From a virus, in UHGV virus genome UHGV-0373904: a stretch of DNA of 64,000 nt; one strand, written 5' to 3'. The position numbers and the translations under genes were made by a program. A model generated the notes under the pieces. That model ran no database searches. It saw only the letters and a program-made list of their open reading frames with translations, and had not been told where the DNA came from. Below, one piece after another: positions 50,836-61,065 of the stretch (its first letter is position 1; every line of letters begins with the position of its first letter).

Positions 50836-51972
50836 TTATTCATAATCCCTAATAACTAGCCCGACAGGGAACTGTAAAGAACCCTTACGAGTCATCTTCT
50901 GGAACTGAACCGTTAAAGGCTTCCCGATAAACTCATCAGGATGCTCAGCAAGATACTGTTTCTTCTCATGAGTAGTCTTCCATGAGACATCTACAAAGAC
51001 ATTAGGAAGAGTCTCTACAACGAACTTGCCATGACCACGTTTATCAGTCTTGACACCAGTCACTTTAAACTCTTCAGTGTGCATCTTCTTGTGCTTAATC
51101 AAGAAGTACGAACGGTGACAACACTCATAGAAGGAGTCTTCAGAGATTGAACGGTACATTGCACCTTCAAACTTAGCTTCAACCCACTTATCATGAGCTT
51201 CATCAAACTCTTCCCAAGAGTTAACACGACGAGACTTAACAGGGACAACTTTACAGCCGTCTCTGAAGTCATTCAATGGTGAAGTCTCAATAATATCTCT
51301 ACGCTCAGGCCACGTCTTAGCACTGTCACAGATATCATACCAGTAGAACTGGAGTAGATGTCGGTCTGGATTGTCAGCATTCTTAATCATAGACACAATA
51401 TCTTCTAAGTCCCAACCATGAGCATAAATCTCACCATCAAAGTCTTCGACTTGTGGATGTAATTTAAGCAACAAAAGCAAATCTGGGATTAGTTCTACTG
51501 GGACGTTGTAAACAGTATTCTCACGAGAATAAGCCGTGAAGCTAACTGAATCAGTATCTCTTGAAATTCTACAACGAACACCATCAAGTTTTGGTTGAGC
51601 ATCAGCAGGGAACTTCAGATACTTTGCATGACTAACCTTTGCAGCATCATGAGCAAGCTGTACACCTACCTTCTCAGTATTCTGTGCAGACTCTTTTGTG
51701 TAAGCATAACCTTTGCGGTCAACTTGCTTTTTATACTTAGCAGCAACTTCAAAGAGAGCTTGCTGTTCAGCGTTACGCTCATTCTTTTTACCGATGTTTT
51801 TAGGTTCTGCTGTATACTCTTCAAACATCATCTTGCCATTTTCTTTACCGTAGGTTGTGATAACTTTGTCGCCTACAGCAACACATGACCAGACGTTGAA
51901 GGAACCATCTTTATTTTGTTTGTACAGAATTGTCATTTTTAACCTCTGAGTGATACCAAGTATTGCAAGCAT
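50836..51972 (-). CDS. ATP-dependent DNA ligase
   Basis: KLDGVRC adenylation motif (KxDG), downstream EGAMYR; size consistent with T7-type ligases. True start may be the internal Met (MTILYKQ, about 51936). Confidence 0.8.
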   Translation of the reverse strand: MLAILGITQRLKMTILYKQNKDGSFNVWSCVAVGDKVITTYGKENGKMMFEEYTAEPKNIGKKNERNAEQQALFEVAAKYKKQVDRKGYAYTKESAQNTEKVGVQLAHDAAKVSHAKYLKFPADAQPKLDGVRCRISRDTDSVSFTAYSRENTVYNVPVELIPDLLLLLKLHPQVEDFDGEIYAHGWDLEDIVSMIKNADNPDRHLLQFYWYDICDSAKTWPERRDIIETSPLNDFRDGCKVVPVKSRRVNSWEEFDEAHDKWVEAKFEGAMYRSISEDSFYECCHRSYFLIKHKKMHTEEFKVTGVKTDKRGHGKFVVETLPNVFVDVSWKTTHEKKQYLAEHPDEFIGKPLTVQFQKMTRKGSLQFPVGLVIRDYE

Positions 51973-52129
51973 TACATGCGTAAAGCTCTAAGTCATTTTT
52001 ATCTGGTTTATGGAAACAGTTTGACCCACAACGACACCGGAATAACTTACCATCAACACGAAGAATGAATGTTTCAAGCTCACCATCTTCTGTAAGAACT
52101 GCGTTCTGAAATTTATTATCTTTACCCAT
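51911..52129 (-). CDS. Small zinc-finger-like protein (72 aa)
   Basis: CRCGSNC ... CNACN cysteine clusters. Confidence 0.45.
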   Translation of the reverse strand: MGKDNKFQNAVLTEDGELETFILRVDGKLFRCRCGSNCFHKPDKNDLELYACNACNTWYHSEVKNDNSVQTK

Positions 52130-52285
52130 TTGTACTCTCGCCTGTGTCAGATTTTATATAAGACCTATCACTACGTCTTTTAATGAAATGTACAACGCAT
52201 TTTGGTGTATTTTTTGCATCTTTAATGTGCAACCTTTCGAAACTGTGTACTGTGAAGGTTGCATCTGTCATTGTTTGCTTAGGTT

Positions 52286-52591
52286 TCATTTTCTCTTACC
52301 ACCAATCTCTACGTCGATAACTTGAACATCACCAGCAACATCAAACTTATGAATGATACTTTCCACAGTGTAAGTCCAACCCTCAATGCGAACCAATTCA
52401 CCTTCTCGTGGGACGATTGGGTTACGTTGAGCTACGGTTGTAGTGGAGTGAACAACATCATAACAATAGATATAGTTTACTAGGGCTTCCATCGTGAAAA
52501 CCTCACTCAATAACCGTAGTATGTGATTGACCATTTTTGCCATAGCTATAAGATGTTGTTGTTTGAGAGTTTGGGCATCTGACAACAACAA
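52286..52591 (-). CDS. Hypothetical protein
   Basis: ORF; overlaps the lipoprotein gene as drawn, so the true start is probably the internal Met (MEALVNY, about 52492) preceded by GAGG. Confidence 0.4.
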   Translation of the reverse strand: MLLSDAQTLKQQHLIAMAKMVNHILRLLSEVFTMEALVNYIYCYDVVHSTTTVAQRNPIVPREGELVRIEGWTYTVESIIHKFDVAGDVQVIDVEIGGKRK

Positions 52592-52760
52592 TATCTCTGC
52601 TTATAGCATCACCATTGAGTTTGTAGATTTTGCAGTCTTGCATCTCTGGAGGGAGGCTGTAAGAAGCATCTTTGTTTTCATAAGATGGGTTGCAGCCAGC
52701 CAGAAAAATTACTCCAAGTGCAACCATTGCTTTCACACAACTCTTAACCTTATTGTTCAC
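52503..52760 (-). CDS. Lipoprotein (85-aa precursor) with LAGC lipobox
   Basis: MNNKVKSCVKAMVALGVIFLAGC: basic n-region, hydrophobic core, lipobox L-A-G-C. Confidence 0.6.
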   Translation of the reverse strand: MNNKVKSCVKAMVALGVIFLAGCNPSYENKDASYSLPPEMQDCKIYKLNGDAISRDIVVVRCPNSQTTTSYSYGKNGQSHTTVIE

Positions 52761-52892
52761 GATAGTCTACCTCTCTGTATGTTTTTAAATAGTGAGTGAT
52801 GAGTTCTGGTAATTCACTACGTTTAACGTTTGAACGAAGAAGTGTCCAGTCAAAACCTTTACCAACCCTCCCCCAGAGACTGTACATTTTCT

Positions 52893-53126
52893 TCATAGCA
52901 ACTCCAGAATATCAATACGTTCACCTTTGAGTACTCCAGTACGGTCTTTTGCAATCTTACCTTCAACAATAAGAATGTGTGCAGACCTTAAAGTGTCGCT
53001 GTTAAAGGTTTTTACGAACCTACTAGGCATGACTACAATGCACATCTCCTGAATTAACTCTGGAGTGTAGCAGTTATCATGAAGTTGCTGAATAACGTCT
53101 GCAAGTGTCATTTTTGATGTCTCCAA
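52893..53126 (-). CDS. Hypothetical protein (77 aa)
   Basis: ORF. Confidence 0.4.
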   Translation of the reverse strand: METSKMTLADVIQQLHDNCYTPELIQEMCIVVMPSRFVKTFNSDTLRSAHILIVEGKIAKDRTGVLKGERIDILELL

Positions 53127-53317
53127 TATTCAATATCTACAAGTTCTTGTGCAATGCTTTTCAGATTACCTTTCAAGAAAACCTTCTCAGAACCTGAAAG
53201 AGATGAATTGTCAATTAACCTGTTCATTCTCTCAAACAACTTCTGCTTACGATTTTTGATAGTTTCCTTTGAAGCACCTTTCATCATTGCTGCATGGGTT
53301 CTTCCACGGTGGCTCAT
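53108..53317 (-). CDS. Hypothetical basic protein (69 aa)
   Basis: ORF; Lys/Arg-rich. Confidence 0.4.
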   Translation of the reverse strand: MSHRGRTHAAMMKGASKETIKNRKQKLFERMNRLIDNSSLSGSEKVFLKGNLKSIAQELVDIEYWRHQK

Positions 53318-53368
53318 AAGCCCTCCTATACAAGATGTAGTATAAGGTACTCCTCCATGAGCACCTTG

Positions 53369-53920
53369 TCAACTTAGTTTTGCAAACTCTCCGTGGAGTT
53401 TCACAGCAGCTTCACAGTAAGCTTTATGGGCTTCTTCTGGTGTGTCAAACATACCAAGATGATAGTTTTTACCTTGTAAACGTATCATTGCTCGAAACCT
53501 TTTACTTATCTTCTGTACACCTTTTGGCAACCCAGATGGGGACTCTCTTGACCGATTGCAAGAGTTTTGTGAAGCTGTACAAACCCTTAAATTCAAGTAC
53601 CTATTGTCCCAACCGTCCCCATTCTTATGGTCAACCTGTAAGGTTTTATCAGGTAGATATCCATCCATATACAAGATAACTAAACGATTTGCTTGGTAAC
53701 CCCTTCCATCAATCAGCAACTGAACTGACTTGTGTCCATCAGTATTTGTTCTGTAGTTTCCAGCCCTCTTACCTCCAAATCTAGAGTTAAAGTTTGCATT
53801 ACCTTCTCTAAACTTCCAAGTAAAGACCCCTGTTTCGGGGTCGTAGTCCAATAGCTCCTTAAGACGAATTTCTGTAATCATTTCAACACCATCAATGTAC
53901 TTCCAACCAGCTCTTACCAA
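53369..53920 (-). CDS. HNH endonuclease with AP2 DNA-binding domain (homing endonuclease-like)
   Basis: HNH core LQVDHKNGDGWDNRYLNLRVCTASQN; C-terminal GVQKISKRFRAMIRLQGKNYHLGMFDTPEEAHKAYCEAAVKLHGEFA is AP2-like. Start may be the internal Met (about 53881), removing the overlap with the polymerase. Confidence 0.8.
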   Translation of the reverse strand: MVRAGWKYIDGVEMITEIRLKELLDYDPETGVFTWKFREGNANFNSRFGGKRAGNYRTNTDGHKSVQLLIDGRGYQANRLVILYMDGYLPDKTLQVDHKNGDGWDNRYLNLRVCTASQNSCNRSRESPSGLPKGVQKISKRFRAMIRLQGKNYHLGMFDTPEEAHKAYCEAAVKLHGEFAKLS

Positions 53921-56621
53921 CCTTACCTGTGCCAGTTACAAGCGTCTCACTCTTCAAACCTAAATTCTTAGATGCCTGACCATACATCCAGTCAGTTATG
54001 GCTTTAACTTCTTGAGTCATACTTTCTGGGCATTCCCAACTGTTTTCATCGTGGTATGCCAGCAAAAGCCTAGCACCAATTGCTGGTTTTCGTCCATTTA
54101 ATTTTGTCAATCCTTCTTCACATGCTCTTCTACAAGCAAGGTTAATTGCCTCATTTTGAATCTGAGCCTCTGAACCCATGAGCAAATAATTCAATAACTT
54201 ATGTGGAGATTTACACCACAACCAAGCTCCAGCAACCTTTACAAAACCCCCTTTAGAGATTGCAGCAGTCTTACCAAACACCTCTTCAAGTGCCTTTTTA
54301 GTTGCTTTGTAGTCAGCTTCCAAGTCATCTAGTAGCTTCTTAATTTTAGGCAAACGAATAAAGTAAGTTTGTTTAGTCAGTGCACCTTCCTGAGTAGTTG
54401 CAGCTTTAATCGTCTTAGCAAACTTCTCATCCCCTGCACCGAACAGCAGTGCATAGATACCATTCTTAGCTTTCTTACGACCTTTACTAATCTCATGAAG
54501 AAGATTCTCATCCTGAGTAGCTCGACAAGTCAAGATATCCTGCTCATCATTCAAGCTAAAGTAAATACTGTTCAGTGTGTGTGCATCAGTCCCTGAATAG
54601 ACAACGTAAAGGTCATTCTCAGAGTCATAGCGAAGGTACTTATCAATCTCTGGATTGAGGTACTCATCAAAATGTTTGCAGTAATAGCGTCCATCTTCTT
54701 GACGAATAAACTCAATCTCTTCTTTACCTTGCGTCACCGCTTTGGTGAAGTCTTTGTCACCCATAAAGTTACAAAGAAGAACTAGCTGGGCTGAGTTCAT
54801 GTCTACAGAGACGACGTTAGTACCTTCTTCACAAATCCACACTGCCCTCATTGGTTCCCCATAGACAGCAGCACCAGACGGTACGTTTACAATACCATAT
54901 TGTGTCATACGTCCAGTTGAAGTACCAAACACCATTGCACCAGCACTAAGGCGACCATCAGGACGAATCTGGTTCAACCAACCTTTTTCATCATCCTTTG
55001 AGTTCTCAATAGTTCTACGTCGGTGCATCAAAGTATAGTATTTAGCAATCTTCTGTCCAAGCTCGCCTTCAATCGTATCATAAGATGATTCAGTAAGTTT
55101 TGGTGAAGTACGGATTAAGCAAGGCTCAAGCAAATCTGTGTACTTCTTCACAGACCAGTTATGCTCAATGTACTGGACACCTTCATGTTCAACATAACTC
55201 AAGCCACACCGTTCAACCATCTCCTGCCACTTAGGATGCTTTGTAATCATCTTTTTGTTGTCTTTGAAACGACAAACTTTGACAGGGCGACCATCTGAGT
55301 CTTTCTTGTAGTTCCAGTCATCTGGAATCCAACCAACTGATTTCAAGTAGTCTTTAACAACTGCTACCTGAGTCATACGAGAAACTTCGAACTCAATTGG
55401 TGTATATGGTGCATCAATCAATCCTGTGTAGCGACTTGACTCAAGTTCAAAGTGGTTAACAACATGGCTGTTATAGTACTTCACAGTTTTAACAGTTTTT
55501 ACTGGCTTCCAGTCTTTGCATTTCTTACCAATCTTTGCATTCAACTCGTTGCAAATTGCACGGGCATCCTTCATTGCTACAAAGCCTTCCTTGTACTCTT
55601 CACCAGTTACAGAGTTGGTTGGTGTATAGCAATTTCTCTTTTCAATGTTAAAAATCTTTGTAGTTGGCTTACCAAATGGTTTTATTTCATAAGTCTGCAT
55701 CTCGCCATTACGTACCTGCTGACGATACTTTGTCTTAGGGTACTTGGTAATTCTTTTCAGTCCATCTGCATGACCAAATGCTTCAACATACTCATTCCAA
55801 GCTTTTGCAAACTCTTCTCCAGTCACTTTACCTTTGGTCTTAATAGTTGGAGGTAGGTGTGGTTCAACCTCTGAAGCAAGTTCGTTAGTTAACTTGTCAA
55901 GTTCCTTTACATGAAACTCCATAAGCTCTTTATCAGCTTTCCAACCATTGATAGCCTGTTGACTCATCCAGAAAGATGTCTCTTTAGCTCGCATGTAAGT
56001 TTCATAAGTGTCTATGCCACACTTCTTAAGCTTGAGATACTCGTTATCAAGTGCCCGTTTGGTTTTGGCGTTAATACGGATATCTTCTACAACACGAGTG
56101 AAGATTTCTGCATTCCACACACCCCAGTGTTCAATCTCTGGTTTACGAACACCAACACGAGCACCCCATGCAGCCAAACCATGAGCACCTTTATAACCCT
56201 TTGGAGTTGGTCTATCCATCCACTGAACACGAGACTGGATAAGAGAATCCTGAAAGAAATTACTCCACGGCTTACATTTTGGATTATCAAAGTTCCATAA
56301 ATCCGGTGCAATGTGATTGAAAACCCACCAGTCATAACCGAGACCATTATGGATACAAAGTCGTTTTGCCTTCAACGCAAACTCAATACCTTCACGTAAT
56401 CCACCCTTGATGTACTTAGTGTACTTGTGACCGAGAATAGGTTCATCAGTAAAGACCCATACTGGTGGTTCTTCGTCGTCAGATTTGTAGTCTGCGAAAG
56501 CCATTACGTGAACTTTAGTGAACTCAAGGAGTAAACCATCAGTTTCTGTATCACCAACTAAATGTAAGTTTTTAAAATCTACGTTTTCCATTTTTACTCC
56601 CTCTAAAATCATTAACCTCAT
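53892..56621 (-). CDS. DNA polymerase, family A with 3'-5' exonuclease domain
   Basis: Exo I motif DTETDGL; SVDMNSAQLVLL (motif A-like), KNGIYALLFGAG (motif B-like), LLAYHDEN (motif C). Likely true start is ATG at 56591 (MENVDF..) preceded by AGGGAG. Confidence 0.9.
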   Translation of the reverse strand: MRLMILEGVKMENVDFKNLHLVGDTETDGLLLEFTKVHVMAFADYKSDDEEPPVWVFTDEPILGHKYTKYIKGGLREGIEFALKAKRLCIHNGLGYDWWVFNHIAPDLWNFDNPKCKPWSNFFQDSLIQSRVQWMDRPTPKGYKGAHGLAAWGARVGVRKPEIEHWGVWNAEIFTRVVEDIRINAKTKRALDNEYLKLKKCGIDTYETYMRAKETSFWMSQQAINGWKADKELMEFHVKELDKLTNELASEVEPHLPPTIKTKGKVTGEEFAKAWNEYVEAFGHADGLKRITKYPKTKYRQQVRNGEMQTYEIKPFGKPTTKIFNIEKRNCYTPTNSVTGEEYKEGFVAMKDARAICNELNAKIGKKCKDWKPVKTVKTVKYYNSHVVNHFELESSRYTGLIDAPYTPIEFEVSRMTQVAVVKDYLKSVGWIPDDWNYKKDSDGRPVKVCRFKDNKKMITKHPKWQEMVERCGLSYVEHEGVQYIEHNWSVKKYTDLLEPCLIRTSPKLTESSYDTIEGELGQKIAKYYTLMHRRRTIENSKDDEKGWLNQIRPDGRLSAGAMVFGTSTGRMTQYGIVNVPSGAAVYGEPMRAVWICEEGTNVVSVDMNSAQLVLLCNFMGDKDFTKAVTQGKEEIEFIRQEDGRYYCKHFDEYLNPEIDKYLRYDSENDLYVVYSGTDAHTLNSIYFSLNDEQDILTCRATQDENLLHEISKGRKKAKNGIYALLFGAGDEKFAKTIKAATTQEGALTKQTYFIRLPKIKKLLDDLEADYKATKKALEEVFGKTAAISKGGFVKVAGAWLWCKSPHKLLNYLLMGSEAQIQNEAINLACRRACEEGLTKLNGRKPAIGARLLLAYHDENSWECPESMTQEVKAITDWMYGQASKNLGLKSETLVTGTGKVGKSWLEVH

Positions 56622-56648
56622 ACATTACTGCAAAAAATTATAAAAAGC

Positions 56649-56690
56649 AAGTTGACAATGTACTTGACAAGGTGTTAATCTTTGCGAAGT
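56649..56690 (+). promoter_or_regulatory. Conserved tandem-TTGACAA element, second copy, in the divergent region between polymerase and + strand genes
   Basis: agTTGACAAtgtacTTGACAAggtgt, matching 13813-13839 at 25 of 27 positions. Confidence 0.45.
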
Positions 56691-56848
56691 GGGTTTTTAC
56701 TTAAAAGGTTACTTAACAGTTTAACTATACAGATACTTTAAAACTCTTAAAAGATTATTTAATAGCTTTTAAAAAGCTTTAAAGTATAACGTATAGAATA
56801 CGTTAAGATAAAAGATTAAAACTTAATAGCTACTTAAAAGAGGCTTAC

Positions 56849-57271
56849 ATGCAGAAAATGTTTGTTCACCCAGACATAGCTGACTTTGTTAGAGCTTTGC
56901 AGAAGTTGGAAGAACTTGACATTGCTGCTCAACGGGAATATGCTCACCATCACAGGAGAATGGTTGATATACAACATGAAATAGAGTTGTCTGAAGACTA
57001 TGAAGATGACTTAAAATGCTCTGTATTTGAGCATATGAAAGATGTTGCTACAGCGAGACGTAAAGCTAAAGACACAGTTGCTTTACTAGATTCTCTTAAA
57101 AAGAGGTTGCAAAGTGGTACAGACCTGTGTAATCTAGCATCACTGATTAACGATGTTGAAACTTCTTGGGATAGGCACTATTATCCACGTTCTGAAAAGA
57201 CACTTGACTTTTCTTCATCTGAAAACTTAAAATGTTCTAGAAAGAAACTTAACCAACTGAGAGAGAAATAA
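56849..57271 (+). CDS. Hypothetical protein (140 aa)
   Basis: ORF with RBS aaagaggc. Confidence 0.5.
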   Translation: MQKMFVHPDIADFVRALQKLEELDIAAQREYAHHHRRMVDIQHEIELSEDYEDDLKCSVFEHMKDVATARRKAKDTVALLDSLKKRLQSGTDLCNLASLINDVETSWDRHYYPRSEKTLDFSSSENLKCSRKKLNQLREK

Positions 57272-57272
57272 T

Positions 57273-58073
57273 ATGAATATCGATGTAGAAAAGATGCTTG
57301 AAGAGAAAGGTGTTGATGAAGCATTCTTAATCAATGCCGTAGAAAGCATGGCTATGATTCTTCGTGGTAATAACTACACAGAACAGTTTATGCCTGCAAG
57401 CTATAACTTGCCTGAAGACAAGTCTGATAACGGTGCTTTTGCAGAACAGGTTAATATGATGTTGACAGACACTACACTTGCTCTGGCATCTATTGCGGTT
57501 GGTGTTGATGCACTTGCTGAGTTCATTTTTTATGAAATGCAAAAGAATGACTATATCAGGATGTCAGACGAAGATAAGGAACTGTTGCTGACTAAGGACA
57601 CAGATTTCATTATTGATACGCTTATCTCATCAACGAGTGCTGTTATGGCTGCTCTTGAGAAGCGAATGGAAGAGAAGCTGTCACGATATGAAAAGCTTGA
57701 TTGGGGTGTAGAGGAATTAAACCCACGAATCAAAGAGATTATCCAGCAAACCAAAGATTCTTTGGAAGAAGCTGTAAAAAATGATTCTGTAGCTGACATA
57801 GAACCACTTCAGGTGAAAGTTGCATTGATGATTCCAGCCATCTCTACGATGATGAATATCGTTGCACTAATCCAGCTTTCACAGATGATGGGCACAAGCA
57901 TTGAGTTCATTGAGAGTATGACTGGTGGTGTTAGTATGCAAGCAATCAATGATGTTCTGGTGAGCATTGGTGCTTCAATCATTGAAGAGAAGCTTCGCAT
58001 TAACTTTGGTGATGATTTTGTGAAGCAAATCTCAGCTATGGCTGAAAAAGAGTCTGCTGAGCAACTGCACTAA
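57273..58073 (+). CDS. Hypothetical protein (266 aa)
   Basis: ORF, coupled to the upstream ORF. Confidence 0.5.
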   Translation: MNIDVEKMLEEKGVDEAFLINAVESMAMILRGNNYTEQFMPASYNLPEDKSDNGAFAEQVNMMLTDTTLALASIAVGVDALAEFIFYEMQKNDYIRMSDEDKELLLTKDTDFIIDTLISSTSAVMAALEKRMEEKLSRYEKLDWGVEELNPRIKEIIQQTKDSLEEAVKNDSVADIEPLQVKVALMIPAISTMMNIVALIQLSQMMGTSIEFIESMTGGVSMQAINDVLVSIGASIIEEKLRINFGDDFVKQISAMAEKESAEQLH

Positions 58074-58091
58074 GTCTTTATAAATCTTACA

Positions 58092-58115
58092 AGCCTCCTT
58101 AGTTGGGGGCTTTTT
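58092..58115 (+). terminator. Terminator-like hairpin
   Basis: agcctcc-ttagtt-gggggct followed by ttttag. Confidence 0.45.
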
Positions 58116-58134
58116 AGTAATTAAGGGAGATAAA

Positions 58135-58878
58135 ATGAGTAATATTATCGCATTTACTGGAAAGGCACGCTCTGGAAAAGACACCTCATGTTCTATTGTG
58201 AAGAACATCTTAGAGGATGAGTACGGCTACAATGTTGCTGTAATGGCCTTTGCAGACAACCTTAAACTGTCTGCATCAAAGATATTTGACCTGACTTGGA
58301 ATGACCTGTATGGTGAAACTAAAGAGACTCCACAGGTATTTGACTTATCATATCCTGAACTGATGTTTAAAGTTACGGAAGCTATGGAGTTCACCTTCAG
58401 AGATGAACGTTACCATATGGACTTCAAGCTTATGTCAGAGTTAACCGGACGATTAATCATGGAGCTTAAGAAGGTTGCTAAACCTACCCTATTAACACGT
58501 CTGGGATTTAGTAAAAAGTATAAATTCTCATCAAGACAAATTCAACAGATTTGGGGTACTGAAGTTGTCCGTAAAGTAATGGGCGACAAGTTCTGGTCTA
58601 AAGACCTTGAAAAAAGAATGGTTAGATTCCATGAAATGTGCTCACTTAGAAATCAATATGGTTTTGTCTTAATCAGTGATTTAAGATTTGACTCTGAAGC
58701 TGAATGGCTGAGTAGATTTGCACACCAAACTATTGAAGTAAAAAGAGACAATGTGGACAAAGTTTCATCACATGTTTCAGAAAATGGGATTTCTACAAAA
58801 TATGAGCGTGACATTATTCATAATAATGGTACTCTTGCAGACCTTGAGAACAAGCTAAGAGCCATCATTAAAGTTTAA
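58135..58878 (+). CDS. Deoxynucleoside monophosphate kinase-like P-loop protein
   Basis: N-terminal IIAFTGKARSGKDT closely resembles the P-loop of T4-type dNMP kinase (LSGVKRSGKDT). Confidence 0.6.
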   Translation: MSNIIAFTGKARSGKDTSCSIVKNILEDEYGYNVAVMAFADNLKLSASKIFDLTWNDLYGETKETPQVFDLSYPELMFKVTEAMEFTFRDERYHMDFKLMSELTGRLIMELKKVAKPTLLTRLGFSKKYKFSSRQIQQIWGTEVVRKVMGDKFWSKDLEKRMVRFHEMCSLRNQYGFVLISDLRFDSEAEWLSRFAHQTIEVKRDNVDKVSSHVSENGISTKYERDIIHNNGTLADLENKLRAIIKV

Positions 58879-58886
58879 AAGAGAGA

Positions 58887-59087
58887 ATGAAGATGAGAGT
58901 AAAAGACAATTTTAAAGTTATTGACCACCGTTTAGTGGAACTCTCATCTCTTTCCAATGAGGTAATGATTGAACGTCTTAAGAGAGTTGAATCACGAAGG
59001 AAAGAGATTGCAGATGAAATTCATGAACTGGATAAGATTGAAAATGGATTGAAGGCAGAACTACAACGAAGAGGTGCTAATGTCTAA
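58887..59087 (+). CDS. Hypothetical small protein (66 aa)
   Basis: ORF; coiled-coil-like, charged. Confidence 0.4.
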   Translation: MKMRVKDNFKVIDHRLVELSSLSNEVMIERLKRVESRRKEIADEIHELDKIENGLKAELQRRGANV

Positions 59088-61065
59088 AGGTCGTAAATTG
59101 AAAGAGGCTGGTCAGTTTGTTGGCCATTGCGCATGTCCACGTTGTGGTTCATCAGATGCTGGTTCAATCTATCATCATGACGATGGTTCTTATTCAATGA
59201 CTTGCTTTAGTTGTAACAAAGGTTTCCCAGAGTGGGATTTTGATAAAGGACAAATCGTGAGCACTTATTCTACTGGTTCAGACAATAAAAACCGTACATT
59301 CCGTGGAATGGATTTAGACGATGTGAAAGAAAACCTTGAAGCAATGGACTTGAAAGATAGGAAGATTCCTGCAAAAGTCCTTGAACGCTTAGGTATCAAG
59401 GTTGACATTGACAGTGACGGTGAAATTGATGCGCACTTCTATCCAACTTACAAACGTAATGAAGATGGTAAGCTAGAACATGTTGGCTACCGTGTTCGTC
59501 ACCGTTACCCAGAAGACCATCCAAAAGAGCACCTACGTGGTAAGCTAAAAGACTTTTCAGGTGGTGTTGGAGACATTAAAGGTGAACTGGCAATGTTCGG
59601 TTCATGGATTGCTCCAGAAGGTGGTAACCGTCTATTCATCTGGGAAGGTGAGATGGAATGTGCGACAGCAATCTATATGACCTCTCTTGCGATTAAAGAC
59701 AAGTCTCGTCGTAAGAATTACTGTCATGTATCTGTTCCGTCAGGTGCAAACATCAAGTCTATCAAAGATAACTATCAGTACATCACATCATTTGATGAAA
59801 TTTACTTGTGCTTTGATAACGATGAAGCAGGTGCTAAAGCTACCAAAGAGGCCGCTGGTATCTTACCTATTGAGAAGGTTCGTTTATTCCAGTATCCAGA
59901 GGGTGTAAAAGACCTTAACGAATGGTGGACAAAGTTCTATAAAGAGAAAGACACAGTTCTGGAAGGATTTAAGCAGCGTATCTACAACGCACCTCGTTAC
60001 TGTCCTGCTGGTATCAAGAACTTTGCAGATGGTTTTGAGGCAATGAAGAATCGTGGTCAGATTCCATTGATTCCTTTCCCAGAATCTTTCGGGGATTTGA
60101 ACAGACTGACTTACGGTGGTTATGGTTTGGGTGAGATTACAACTATTGCAGCACCATCTTCAGTAGGTAAGTCAGCTTACACTCGTGAGATGATTTATTC
60201 AGCTTGGAAAGAAACTGATTATAATATCGGTGTAATTCCTGTAGAAGATACTTACGAAGAACTTATGGAAATGCTCTGTGCAATCCACCTGAGCAAGCAG
60301 ATTTCTGAGATTCCTTATGACGAACGTGATTGGGATGAACTAAAAGGGGCACACGCAGAACTGTCTAAAGGTCGTCGTATCCACATCGTTGACCATCAAG
60401 GGGCAATTGACCAAGATAACCTGCTGGAATTTGTTGACTATCTTGTTAACAGTTTAGATTGCAAGATTATCATTCTTGACCCTATCACGTTAGCTCTGTC
60501 ACGTTCAGATACGGATGAAGAGGAAGTTTTGTCTGAGCTATTGCGTCGTTGCAAACGCTACCAGTATGCGCAGGTAAACGTATGTCACGTTCGTAAGAGT
60601 GCAGGTGGTCAGAAAGCTAACTCTGAAGGTGGAGATATCTCTGAAGAGGATATCAAAGGTTCTGGTGCGTATTTTCAGATTTCTATGAATAACATTCTGT
60701 TAATGCGTAACAAGGTTGACCCAGACCCAGTTAAGAAAAACTTGACAAAAATCAAGTTAACTAAGTGTCGTCGTCATGGTAAGTCAACTGGTATTGCTGG
60801 TCATACTTGGTACAATCCAGATACAGGACGTCTCATTAAAGCCTCTGGTTGTGGAGTTGACATTGATGGCGCAGCAGAAAATATTCGCCAACAGTTTGGT
60901 ATTGGTGAAGCTGAAGACCATTACGATGACTCTTTGCCACATTATGAGGATGAAGTATTTGACCGTGAGACTGGTGAAGTCTATACTGAAGAGCAGCGTC
61001 AAAGCTCAACGATTCCACCTGTATTAAGTGAGGATGCAGATGACTGCCCATTCGAAACTGAGTGA
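59074..61065 (+). CDS. Primase-helicase (zinc-ribbon primase N-terminus plus DnaB-like helicase)
   Basis: N-terminal CACPRCGSSD...CFSCNKG zinc-binding motif; central acidic primase-like region; Walker A AAPSSVGKSAYT. Confidence 0.85.
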   Translation: MLMSKGRKLKEAGQFVGHCACPRCGSSDAGSIYHHDDGSYSMTCFSCNKGFPEWDFDKGQIVSTYSTGSDNKNRTFRGMDLDDVKENLEAMDLKDRKIPAKVLERLGIKVDIDSDGEIDAHFYPTYKRNEDGKLEHVGYRVRHRYPEDHPKEHLRGKLKDFSGGVGDIKGELAMFGSWIAPEGGNRLFIWEGEMECATAIYMTSLAIKDKSRRKNYCHVSVPSGANIKSIKDNYQYITSFDEIYLCFDNDEAGAKATKEAAGILPIEKVRLFQYPEGVKDLNEWWTKFYKEKDTVLEGFKQRIYNAPRYCPAGIKNFADGFEAMKNRGQIPLIPFPESFGDLNRLTYGGYGLGEITTIAAPSSVGKSAYTREMIYSAWKETDYNIGVIPVEDTYEELMEMLCAIHLSKQISEIPYDERDWDELKGAHAELSKGRRIHIVDHQGAIDQDNLLEFVDYLVNSLDCKIIILDPITLALSRSDTDEEEVLSELLRRCKRYQYAQVNVCHVRKSAGGQKANSEGGDISEEDIKGSGAYFQISMNNILLMRNKVDPDPVKKNLTKIKLTKCRRHGKSTGIAGHTWYNPDTGRLIKASGCGVDIDGAAENIRQQFGIGEAEDHYDDSLPHYEDEVFDRETGEVYTEEQRQSSTIPPVLSEDADDCPFETE

